A program made the translations under genes and the position numbers. From an uncultured Chloroflexia bacterium (lineage in GTDB: Bacteria > Chloroflexota > Anaerolineae > B4-G1 > SLSP01), in the NCBI GenBank assembly GCA_963751345.1, contig CAVVUS010000030.1, positions 352,001-416,000 on the forward strand: DNA of 64,000 bases, read 5' to 3'. Every line of letters begins with the position of its first letter. Position 1 is the stretch's first letter. Shown here in pieces: positions 54,262 through 62,523 of the stretch. The notes beneath the pieces are model-generated. The model had not been told where the DNA came from. It ran no database searches and saw only the letters and a program-made list of their open reading frames with translations.

Positions 54262-55236
54262 ATGTCTCAAGTATCCGCATCCGATGCCGGTGCCTACCTC
54301 CGCGATCTCCTGACGCTTCTCCGGGAGTTCGAGAAGACCTCTCCCGATCTGGATCTGCGGGCCAGGGTTAAAGCCCTCATTCCTGCCTACGAAACGCTCA
54401 AGAACCTCGGTAAATCACTCATTCCGCACGGACTGGCGATGGCCGCCCGAGACCGTATCCTCCACTACTTCCTCGCCTACCCCTGTACCGTCATACCCCG
54501 CGAGGAACTTGAGATTGTCGCGGGCATTACCGAATGGGCCCGTCGCGTCCGCGAGCTGCGCGTCGAGCACGGTTGGCATATCGTCAGTGGTAAGGCTGCA
54601 CAGCAGATGCAGTCGGAGGGCGAGTTCACGCTTGAGGACGTTGACGTCGGCGCGATGCGACCTGATGACTACATACTCACGAGCACCGTCCAGGACAAGA
54701 AAGCCGCCTACCGATGGAACGTAGCCAACGACATCCGCAGAAGCGATCTCAGTGTCCGTGATCGGCTGCTGGAATACCTGCGCCGCAACGTAGGAGAGCC
54801 GGTATCCGGTGAGGAACTCCGCTACGTCGCTCGCCAAGCTACCGAGTGGGCTCGCCGCGTCCGTGAACTCAGAACCGAACACGGCTGGCCGATAGCCACT
54901 CGGTTCTCAGGCAGGCCCGACCTCTCTGTCGGCGAATACGTCCTGGAGGAGGACCGCCAAAGCCCCGAGCACGACCGACGCATCAGTGACGACACTCGAG
55001 GTCAAGTCCTCAGACGCGATCAATACATCTGCAGACGGTGCGGTTGGGATCATAGTCAGTGGAATCGCTCGGATCCGCGGCACCTCGAACTCCACCACAT
55101 TATCCACCACGAAGCCGGCGGCAGCAATGAAGCTGACAACCTGATCACGCTGTGCACTGTCTGTCACGATACCTGGCACGGCCATGACGCAGATAACCCG
55201 CCCCCCGACTTCTACGTGTGGCTGGATACCGCCTAG
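54262..55236 (+). CDS. HNH endonuclease with two tandem WARRVRELR helical domains; probable cognate restriction enzyme
   Basis: Repeated RDRxLxY...EEL..VA...EWARRVRELRxEHGW; C-terminal CRRC...LELHH...NLITLCTVCH. Confidence 0.82.
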   Translation: MSQVSASDAGAYLRDLLTLLREFEKTSPDLDLRARVKALIPAYETLKNLGKSLIPHGLAMAARDRILHYFLAYPCTVIPREELEIVAGITEWARRVRELRVEHGWHIVSGKAAQQMQSEGEFTLEDVDVGAMRPDDYILTSTVQDKKAAYRWNVANDIRRSDLSVRDRLLEYLRRNVGEPVSGEELRYVARQATEWARRVRELRTEHGWPIATRFSGRPDLSVGEYVLEEDRQSPEHDRRISDDTRGQVLRRDQYICRRCGWDHSQWNRSDPRHLELHHIIHHEAGGSNEADNLITLCTVCHDTWHGHDADNPPPDFYVWLDTA

Positions 55237-55310
55237 CTTCGCATCTGAGCCCGGTGGCCCAGCTGCAATCTCAATCGGTCGTCGGTGAGAAGCACCTGCA
55301 CAGCAGGCAC

Positions 55311-57113
55311 TCACCGCACCACCAACGGCAGGTAGACGTGCTCGTTGAGGACCAGCGGGAACCCGCACGACGCGCCATCGCAGCTCAGGCTAAGATTGTA
55401 CGCGCCGATCTTGTCGGCGCCGTGGGTGCCGGCCAGCAGCGTGTAGGTGCCGCTGAAGGGCAGGGTGCACCCAGCGAACTCTGCCTTGCCGCTCATATAG
55501 CTGCTGCTGGACCCATATGCCTCACACAGTTTGACGCCGTCCGTCCCGTAGAGCCGGATGTGCGGATCGATCACGTTGACGGCACAGGTCATTCGAGCCG
55601 TCACCACGTCGCCTGAAGCTGCCCGGAACGTGTAGGCATCCCATTCGCCTGCCGGGCTGATCGTCGCCTGGATGGGCACTCCGAACTGCAGCGGCACTCC
55701 GCTCGGCGCAGGATCGACCCGTTGGAGATGCAGATCATAGGTGCCATAGGTCATACGAGAGGAACTGGGATAGGTGCCGACGAACGCCACGTAGGTCTGG
55801 TCGGACGGTAGGATGCAGTGGACGTAAGGCGCGTCGGTAAGGTACTGCGTATAGGCATAGTCCTGACAGATCAACGTCCCGGTCCCACTGTAGACACGCA
55901 GCTCCGGATCAAAGCTGTGATCCGGCACCCCCACCTGGCCAACGAGGACCTCGCCTGTCTTGCCTTCGAACGTGTAGGCGTCAAGCTGGGCCGCGTGACT
56001 CGTCGCCTTCACTTTGGTCTCGCCATAGGCCAAGGGAGACGCGCCAACGGGATTCGTCGGCCGCACCAGGTAGAGGTCGTAGTTCCCCACGTCGCTCCCA
56101 CCATAGTCGCTGACTAATAGCGTCTGCGTGCCTTGCGTCACCAACGTACAGCCCGGAATGTCCGCGATAATATCGTAGCTGTAGTCGGTGCAGATCTGTG
56201 TGCCGTTAGGGCCATAGACGCGGAGTTGAGGATCTAGTCCACCGGCTGAGGTGGGGGCAGCGCGAATCACCAGCACGTCTCCCGCGTTGCCGGTGAACGT
56301 GTAGGCATCCAACTCGGCTGCAGCTGCCACCGTCTCCGATCGTGTCTGAGCGTCGGGCAACGCATCTCCGCCCAGGGGGTTGTTCAGCCGCTGCACGTGC
56401 AGGTTGTAGACGCCCACGTGGGTGCCGAGGTTATCGCCTACCAACAGCGTGTGAGGGCCATCTGTCAACAGGGTGCAGGTGTCGATGAAGACCGGGGAGT
56501 ACGTGCTGCTGTTCTGGCAGAGAAGCGTGCCCGTGGGGTCGTAGACACGGATCTTGGGAGAGACCGTCCCGCTGGTCGTGGTTGCCTGGACAACCAGGTG
56601 ATCGCCGGTGTTCCCGCCAATAGTCAAGGTGTTCAGCAACGCGGCTGAGGTCAGGGAGCCCGACTGCGTGCGGCCATACGCAAACGACGTGGTATTGCCG
56701 GGCGCGTTCAGCCGCTGGATGTAGAGGCCGTAGGTCCCCGTGTTGACCAGGTTGTGGTCCGTCGCTCGCACGGAGTATGCGCCGGTCGAGGGCATCGTGC
56801 ACGCGGCGATCTCGGCCGTGTTATAGTAATCGTAATCGGCACAGAGCTCTATCCCGCCTTCGTCCACGATGCCCACGTGGGGCTTCAGTGTGCCGGAGAT
56901 CTTGCTCATGCGCACGAGGATGATGTCGCCGGCATCGGCAGCAAAGGTGTAACTATCTTCCTCTGCGACGGTGCCGATGGCATCCCGGATGACGGCGCCA
57001 AAGGTCAGGTCGGATGCTGAGGAAGCTCGTGCCCGGGCTCGCAGCGTGATGAGCATGCCTAGGAGGATAACGAATACGATACCAAGACGGCGAACACGAA
57101 GGCGAACTGACAC
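55311..57113 (-). CDS. Secreted protein with five PPC-like beta-sandwich repeats and a C-terminal YLPLV motif
   Basis: Signal peptide; repeated DxYTF.G..G...DP.LRVY...G..LC units; ends HVYLPLVVR. Confidence 0.8.
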   Translation of the reverse strand: MSVRLRVRRLGIVFVILLGMLITLRARARASSASDLTFGAVIRDAIGTVAEEDSYTFAADAGDIILVRMSKISGTLKPHVGIVDEGGIELCADYDYYNTAEIAACTMPSTGAYSVRATDHNLVNTGTYGLYIQRLNAPGNTTSFAYGRTQSGSLTSAALLNTLTIGGNTGDHLVVQATTTSGTVSPKIRVYDPTGTLLCQNSSTYSPVFIDTCTLLTDGPHTLLVGDNLGTHVGVYNLHVQRLNNPLGGDALPDAQTRSETVAAAAELDAYTFTGNAGDVLVIRAAPTSAGGLDPQLRVYGPNGTQICTDYSYDIIADIPGCTLVTQGTQTLLVSDYGGSDVGNYDLYLVRPTNPVGASPLAYGETKVKATSHAAQLDAYTFEGKTGEVLVGQVGVPDHSFDPELRVYSGTGTLICQDYAYTQYLTDAPYVHCILPSDQTYVAFVGTYPSSSRMTYGTYDLHLQRVDPAPSGVPLQFGVPIQATISPAGEWDAYTFRAASGDVVTARMTCAVNVIDPHIRLYGTDGVKLCEAYGSSSSYMSGKAEFAGCTLPFSGTYTLLAGTHGADKIGAYNLSLSCDGASCGFPLVLNEHVYLPLVVR

Positions 57114-57552
57114 GGGAACGGTCTCCTGATCAGATGATAGGTGCCCAGGGGCTTTAAGGTATTCCCCGCCCTCAGAAGAGGCACGGGCCTCACGCTAACC
57201 TAGTTTAGACCGAGTCTCGGAACGTGCAAAAGCCAGAAACACAAACCCGGAGAACCGGTCGCAATCGTGCCGAACGTCTGCCACGGTACATCTTGGCATG
57301 GGGTCAGGTCAACCGAATACGCCGTGCTGTGACAGACTGTCATGGCGCTCGCACTGAGCCGGAATGGCTGCGAGCGCCTCAGACGGGGCGCCTCAGACGG
57401 CGAAGACGCAGGATATTTCCCTTTCGGCGTAGTAGCTCCGGAAATGCCGGGCCGGCCCAGACGAAGATCGGGCCACATCCGGAGGCGGGGAGGTGAGGCG
57501 CACCAACGCCAGGTGCATCCCACCGGGCCACGTGCGCTGGCTAGGACAGGTT

Positions 57553-57597
57553 GGTTCGCGCCAGCGGCCCAGGAGTAGTTCATGTCGGCCGTTTGGC
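57553..57597 (-). repeat. Degenerate copy of the PFOR 3' end
   Basis: Translates to RQTADMNYSWAAGA versus PFOR KQMADMDYTWAAAAD. Confidence 0.6.
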
Positions 57598-57723
57598 GGC
57601 GACTCGACGACGGGGAACTGTAGCAGCAGAGTCAGGCAGGCGCGAACTCGCGGACATGGAGAATCTCGGTGCGGCCGATGGGACGGACGTCGTCGGGGAA
57701 AGCGCCTGTTGTGCTGCGCCCGA

Positions 57724-58059
57724 CTATGCCTGCCGCGGGCTTGCTTCTGACTTCGTATAGATCACGGTCGCGGTGCTGAGCACCTCGCGGCGGAGCAGCC
57801 AGTTGCGGCTTTGCTCGACGCCGCGGCGGGTGACGAGGTCGACGTCGCGGTGGAGGAGTGTGCGGAGCTCCTGCTCCATGGTGACGTGGTCGAGGAGGCT
57901 CCAGGCCGCGTCGTCCTCGAAGGTGGCAAGCAGGTCGATGTCGCTCTCGGCGTCGAAGTCGGGACGCAGCACGGAGCCGAAGACCGCGTGCTGACGCAAG
58001 CGTCAGCATCGGCAGAAGCCGGCGATCTCGACCATCGGGAGCGTCTCCACCGGGCTCAT
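57724..58059 (-). pseudogene. MNT-type nucleotidyltransferase antitoxin, disrupted
   Basis: FGSVLRPDFDAESDIDLL...DVDLVT motif; in-frame stop near the N-terminus (IAGFCRC then stop); no HepT partner. Confidence 0.7.
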
Positions 58060-58233
58060 CCTCGTGTGCCTCGCGTGCCAAATGGGTCTGCGTTCGTTCT
58101 ATACCACCGTCGTCAGTGTACTATGGATTGGCGAATCGCCCCAAGCGGAGTGACCGGGGGGCCCATGTCAACGTGGTTGCTATGGTCTGCATCGTACGCA
58201 CTGTGGCTTCGGACGGAGCGTCCAGCAGACTGG

Positions 58234-58301
58234 GCGGTGCGCCTCAGACGGCGGTGCGCCTCAGACGGCGGTGCGCCTCAGACGGCGGTGCGCCTCGGAC
58301 G
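58234..58301. repeat. Four 17-bp tandem repeats (GCGGTGCGCCTCAGACG)
   Basis: Head-to-tail units without spacers; related units at 57374-57402. Confidence 0.85.
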
Positions 58302-58424
58302 GCGACCCGACAACCGGCGCCGTAGCGGCAGGGTCAGGCGGGCGCGAGCTCGCGGACGTGGGCTGCCTCCTGCCATCGCAGCCCAGGAAGCCTCAGGCAT
58401 CGCGCCACACATAGAAAGAATGGG

Positions 58425-58819
58425 GAAGAATGGAGAATGGGAGAGGAGAAGCACGGGCCGGGGAGGCATCGACAAGTGGTCATCATACTTTCTCCTTGGC
58501 TCCGGCTTCATCGGTCTTACAATGAAGCGCAGTAGAGACACCAGCGATCTGACTGGGGAGGCGGACTATCTGAGCGCACGCTGTCCAGCCTGTTGACGCA
58601 GTTGCGCGCGCTCCTGCCCGGGCTGCAAGCACGCTATGGGGTGCAGTCGCTGGGGGTCTTTGGGTCGTATGTCCGCGGCGACCAGGGCCCCGGCAGCGAT
58701 CTCGATCTCCTGGTCGCGTTCGACGATCGCCCTTTGTCCCTGTTCGAGTTTCGTGCGGCTGGAGAACGAGTTGTCCGATGCGCTCGGCGTCAAGGTGGAC
58801 CTCGTGGAGCGGCGCGCCC
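58425..58819 (+). pseudogene. Degenerate duplicate of the MNT gene at 60271 and its upstream region
   Basis: High DNA similarity to 60137-60522; start codon lost, frameshift near 58750, truncated at 58819. Confidence 0.8.
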
Positions 58820-59053
58820 GGGGACACGTCGATCCCGAGGCAACGTCGTTTGACACGTGGCTGGATGCCGTCCACGAGGATCTGGAAGTGCCGGCGGATG
58901 AGGTCGAACTGGGGCCGGCTATGGTGCAGGGGCGGCTGCTGTAAGGTAGAGGCGATTGTAACCCGCACCTTGCCAGTGTCGGCTATAATCGGTTTATCGT
59001 TCAGCGCGTTGTAACGCGGCAAACGCATGTCATATGGAAAGGTAGCAAGCGCT

Positions 59054-59287
59054 ATGAGTATCCTACTCGACCGAATCGAGATCGACCCGGAGATCTGCCA
59101 TGGAAAGCCCGTCATCCGTGGCTTACGCTATCCCGTTGAGAGTATCCTGGAACTGATGAGCGCGGGGATGACGATCGACGAGATCCTCGCTGACTACGAG
59201 GATCTTGACCGCGAGGACCTGCTGGCTGTCTTGGCTTTCGCCGCGCGGTTAAGTCAGGTCAAGCGTATGGAACCCGTCGTCGCGTGA
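59054..59287 (+). CDS. DUF433 antitoxin
   Basis: RIEIDPEICHGKPVIRGLRYPV...EILADYEDL. Confidence 0.9.
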   Translation: MSILLDRIEIDPEICHGKPVIRGLRYPVESILELMSAGMTIDEILADYEDLDREDLLAVLAFAARLSQVKRMEPVVA

Positions 59288-59636
59288 GTTTCCTGATCGA
59301 CGCTCAACTACCGCGCCGGCTGGCACACCGTTTGCGTGACGCCGGTCACGACACACTGCATACGCTCGATCTGCCCAAAGGGAACCGTTCCACCGATGCC
59401 GAGATATGCGAGATCTCCGCACGCGACCAGCGCATTGTCATCACGAAGGATGCCGATTTCGTCAACTCGTTCCTCCTGGGTCGCGGACCGTACAAGCTTC
59501 TGCTGATCTCAGTGGGCAATATCAGAAACGCAGATCTTGAGACGCTCTTCGTGCCACAGATCCCGGCGATCGCCGCCGCCTTTGTTCACATGACTTCGTT
59601 GAGCTGACCCGTACCGCACTTGTCATCCACGTGTAG
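59284..59636 (+). CDS. DUF5615 PIN-like toxin (late frameshift)
   Basis: FLIDAQLP, TDAEI and VITKDADF motifs; GTGA overlap with DUF433. Confidence 0.85.
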
Positions 59637-59702
59637 GTGGCAATACGCGGTCCATGCAGTATGAGCTGGGCGGCGGAGTCCGCCGGCGATATCTAGTGTT
59701 CA

Positions 59703-59830
59703 ATGCCACGCCTAACCGACCACAGCTTCTGTCTCTCGTATGGCCCCGGCGACGATCGCCTGCAGGCCTTCTACATCCCTGCACTGGCCAGCAGTGTACG
59801 CTACGCCCGGTTGACGGGAATTTTCATCTT
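59703..59830 (+). pseudogene. N-terminal remnant of a PLD/helicase-type protein
   Basis: MPRLTDHSFCLSYGPGDDRLQAFYIPALASSVRYARLTGIF resembles the FYxPxL...YxRxxGyF start of such proteins; truncated. Confidence 0.5.
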
Positions 59831-59920
59831 TACAATCGCATCGAGGAGTACATCAGCCAGTAAGAGCTTGACTGCGATACAGTGCTGATGGCTCGAGGCG
59901 TCGCTGCCTTGGCACAGCAG

Positions 59921-60136
59921 CGCGCCCGCCGAAGGGTCTCGGCGGGCGCGCATGGTTCGTGTGCGAAGGTTTGTCTGCGAACGCTTAGTCCGCGGCAGCG
60001 GCCCAGCTGTAGTCCATGTCGTATATCTGCTTGTACTGGTTCCAACGGGCCTTGGCGTCCGCGCGCACGGGGTTCAGCAGGACCGCAGCCCGCTCGGGCT
60101 GGGACTGCAGGAGCGTGCGGAAGCGGATCTCGTTGT
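59921..60136 (-). repeat. Direct-repeat copy of the PFOR 3' end plus its terminator
   Basis: 59985-60136 aligns with 62524-62675 (8 mismatches in 152 nt by manual count); the hairpin CGCGCCCGCCG...CGGCGGGCGCG is present in both copies. Confidence 0.92.
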
Positions 60137-60270
60137 TATGGAGAAGAGAAGAATGGAGAATAGGAGAGGCGGTACGAACAGGCGACCATCCTACCGCCTC
60201 CTTGTCTCCGGCTTCATCGGTCCCACAATGAGGAGCAGTCGAGGCACCAGTGCCTCACTGAGGAGGGGAT

Positions 60271-60573
60271 ATGTCTGAGAGCACGCTGTCCAGCCTGTTG
60301 ACGCAGTTGCGCGCGCTCCTGCCCGGGCTTGAAGCACGCTATGGGGTTCAGTCGCTGGGGGTCTTTGGTTCTTACGTCCGCGGGGACCAAAGCCCCGGCA
60401 GCGATCTCGATCTCCTGGTCGCGTTCGACGATCGCCCTCTGTCGCTGTTCGATTTCGTGCAGCTGGAGAACGAGTTGTCCGATGCACTCGGCATCAAGGT
60501 GGACCTCGTGGAGCGGCGCGCCCTCAAGCCTCATATCCGCCAGCGAATCCTGGATGAGGTGATTGCGGTATGA
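60271..60573 (+). CDS. MNT nucleotidyltransferase antitoxin
   Basis: LGVFGSYVRGDQSPGSDLDLLV and KVDLV motifs. Confidence 0.9.
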   Translation: MSESTLSSLLTQLRALLPGLEARYGVQSLGVFGSYVRGDQSPGSDLDLLVAFDDRPLSLFDFVQLENELSDALGIKVDLVERRALKPHIRQRILDEVIAV

Positions 60574-60660
60574 CGTCTCAGCCCACGTGCACCTGCATCG
60601 ACTACCTGCGCGACATCCTCGATGCGGCAGAAAGCGCACAGAAGTTCGTGTGTGGATGTG
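60570..60660 (+). pseudogene. Truncated HepT/DUF86 toxin
   Basis: ATGA overlap with the MNT gene; DYLRDILDAAESAQKFV, after which similarity is lost. Confidence 0.65.
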
Positions 60661-60695
60661 AATTGCTGGACAACAGGCTGTCGGTCAACACCGTC

Positions 60696-60974
60696 TCAGC
60701 GGAATAGATCCGCATGTGAACCTGTACGTTCGAAGATGACAACTTCGTCATCCTCTCCTTCGAGCTTATAGATCAAGAGCCAGTCGGGCTCCAGATGACA
60801 ATCTCGCCGGCCCACATAGAGGCCAAACAATGGATGGTCCCGATACGCTGGATCCAAGGATTCACCCTCAATCAGGGCGTCCATCACGGTCCACAGCTTG
60901 TCTATGTCCTTGTGACGCCTCTTCATCAGCTTGATGTCGCGTTTGAATTGGGTGGTGGTTACCGGCTCGCGCAT
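60696..60974 (-). CDS. yafQ: YafQ family mRNA interferase toxin
   Basis: FKRDIK, YRDHPL, RDCHLEPDWLLIY and RTGSHADLF motifs. Confidence 0.92.
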   Translation of the reverse strand: MREPVTTTQFKRDIKLMKRRHKDIDKLWTVMDALIEGESLDPAYRDHPLFGLYVGRRDCHLEPDWLLIYKLEGEDDEVVIFERTGSHADLFR

Positions 60975-60991
60975 CGCCTACCTTTTCTGAC

Positions 60992-61255
60992 TTATCGACC
61001 CAGATCCCGGTACATCTCCTCGACAGTCTCGTAGTGGTGCAGATTGCGTCCGGCATCCGTATCCTTGAACGTCTGCTCCGTAACCTCGTTCGGGATCTTG
61101 ACCTCGAAGGGCAGTCCCTTATGCAGAAGTACCTGCTTGTAGAACAGCGTCACGGCCGTGGTTGTCGATAGGCCCAGCTCGTCGAAGATTTCATCCACCT
61201 CTTTCTTGAGCTCAGGCTCTAGCCGTGCCCTTAGCATCGCATCCTTAGCCATCAT
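60992..61255 (-). CDS. dinJ: RelB/DinJ family antitoxin
   Basis: RARLEPELK...LGLSTTTAV...GLPFEVKIPN. Confidence 0.9.
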   Translation of the reverse strand: MMAKDAMLRARLEPELKKEVDEIFDELGLSTTTAVTLFYKQVLLHKGLPFEVKIPNEVTEQTFKDTDAGRNLHHYETVEEMYRDLGR

Positions 61256-61514
61256 CTACCTCCCCACACACCTCAGTGTGTTTGTGTGCCTGTCCGCACA
61301 CTGCCACCGCCAAGCTGTCGTGCTAACACTCATATTGTACACCGTTTGGGACACAATGCAAGGATACGTAAGGGTGGCGAATCGCCCCGGGGGTAGTGAC
61401 TGGCCGACGCACGTCAACCCGGTTGCCATGATACTCATTCGGGAGTTGCCCGTATACTACATGGCAAGTGGATCTTCCGAGCATGATCTCGCCATCTTTC
61501 GAGGAGCTTATTTC

Positions 61515-62387
61515 ATGAAAGCAGATAACACCAAGCGTGAGTTGGGATTTTCGAGCCGCCGTGCGGCCGTGTGGCTGTGGCTGTCGATTGGCGCCGCGCT
61601 GTTGGCGGTGGCGGGCAGCGTTATCGCGTTGTCGGTCAAGGGGATCTACGCCGGGTTGACGCCGGCCTTTTTGCCGCAGGCGCTGGCCCAGGACATCGCG
61701 AATCTGGCGATCGTCGCGCCGCTGTGGCTGGTGCTCGCGGTGCTGGCGCTGCGCGGTTCGTTGCGGGCGTATCTCCTGTGGTTGGGTGTGCTGACGTTCA
61801 CGATCTACAACTATGTGATCTATACGTTTTCGATCCCTTTCGGACCGCTGTTTCTACTGTGGGTTGCGGTCTTCGGGATGTCGATCTATTCGCTGATCGG
61901 CGGGGTCACGGCGGTGAATCACAAGGTTGTGGCGGCGTCTTTCTCAAGCCGGCGTGCGGTTCAGGTTGTGGCCTGGTTTCTGATCATCACGGCGGTGCTC
62001 TTCGGTTTTCTCTGGCTGTCCGAGGATGTGCCGGCGCTCTTATCGGGCACGAGACCTCAGAGTGTCGTGGATATGAGCCTGCCGACAAATCCCGTGCATA
62101 TCTTGGACCTGGGGTTCTTTTTGCCGGCGGTGATCGCCACCGGCGTGATGCTCATCAGGGGAAGGGCGCTGGGGTACACGCTGGCCCCCGCTTTTATCGT
62201 CTTCCTGATCTTGACGGGGATCCCGATCTTGATCACGCCCGTGGTGCAATCGGTACGCGGCGAGGCTGCGGCGTGGGGCGTGGTGGGGCCGATCGGGACG
62301 CTGACGGTGGTGCTGTTGGGGTTGTTGGTTTGGGTGGTGGGGACGATACGGCCCAGGGGGAAGGCGGCTGACAAAAGGCGGGGGTGA
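61515..62387 (+). CDS. Hypothetical multi-pass membrane protein
   Basis: RBS GAGGAG, start MKADNT; about 8 transmembrane helices; AQDIANL and HILDLG motifs. Confidence 0.75.
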   Translation: MKADNTKRELGFSSRRAAVWLWLSIGAALLAVAGSVIALSVKGIYAGLTPAFLPQALAQDIANLAIVAPLWLVLAVLALRGSLRAYLLWLGVLTFTIYNYVIYTFSIPFGPLFLLWVAVFGMSIYSLIGGVTAVNHKVVAASFSSRRAVQVVAWFLIITAVLFGFLWLSEDVPALLSGTRPQSVVDMSLPTNPVHILDLGFFLPAVIATGVMLIRGRALGYTLAPAFIVFLILTGIPILITPVVQSVRGEAAAWGVVGPIGTLTVVLLGLLVWVVGTIRPRGKAADKRRG

Positions 62388-62458
62388 TCGCCCACCAAGT
62401 GCCGGGGACCTCGCGCCGATCGGAATCGGCGCCAAGGCTCCCCGGCACTGTAGATAGC

Positions 62459-62491
62459 AACGCGCCCGCCGGGATCCCGGCGGGCGCGTTT
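62459..62491. terminator. Terminator between the convergent membrane protein and PFOR genes
   Basis: AACGCGCCCGCCGGGATCCCGGCGGGCGCGTTT. Confidence 0.75.
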
Positions 62492-62523
62492 GTGTTCTGT
62501 AGGAAACGTTCGTCTGCGAACGC

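Noticed and set aside
58234-58301. Possible CRISPR array
   Set aside because: The 17-bp units are head-to-tail with no spacers, and there are no cas genes in the window.
10552-59636. Many frameshifted genes (coaE, serA-like, oppF-like, oxidoreductases and others) as pseudogenes or programmed frameshifts
   Set aside because: Single-base indels are scattered through otherwise intact genes, including essential-type ones, with no shared slippery motif. Sequencing or assembly error is the simpler explanation.
39600-62500. Prophage or integron
   Set aside because: No phage structural genes, integrase or clear attC consensus were seen.
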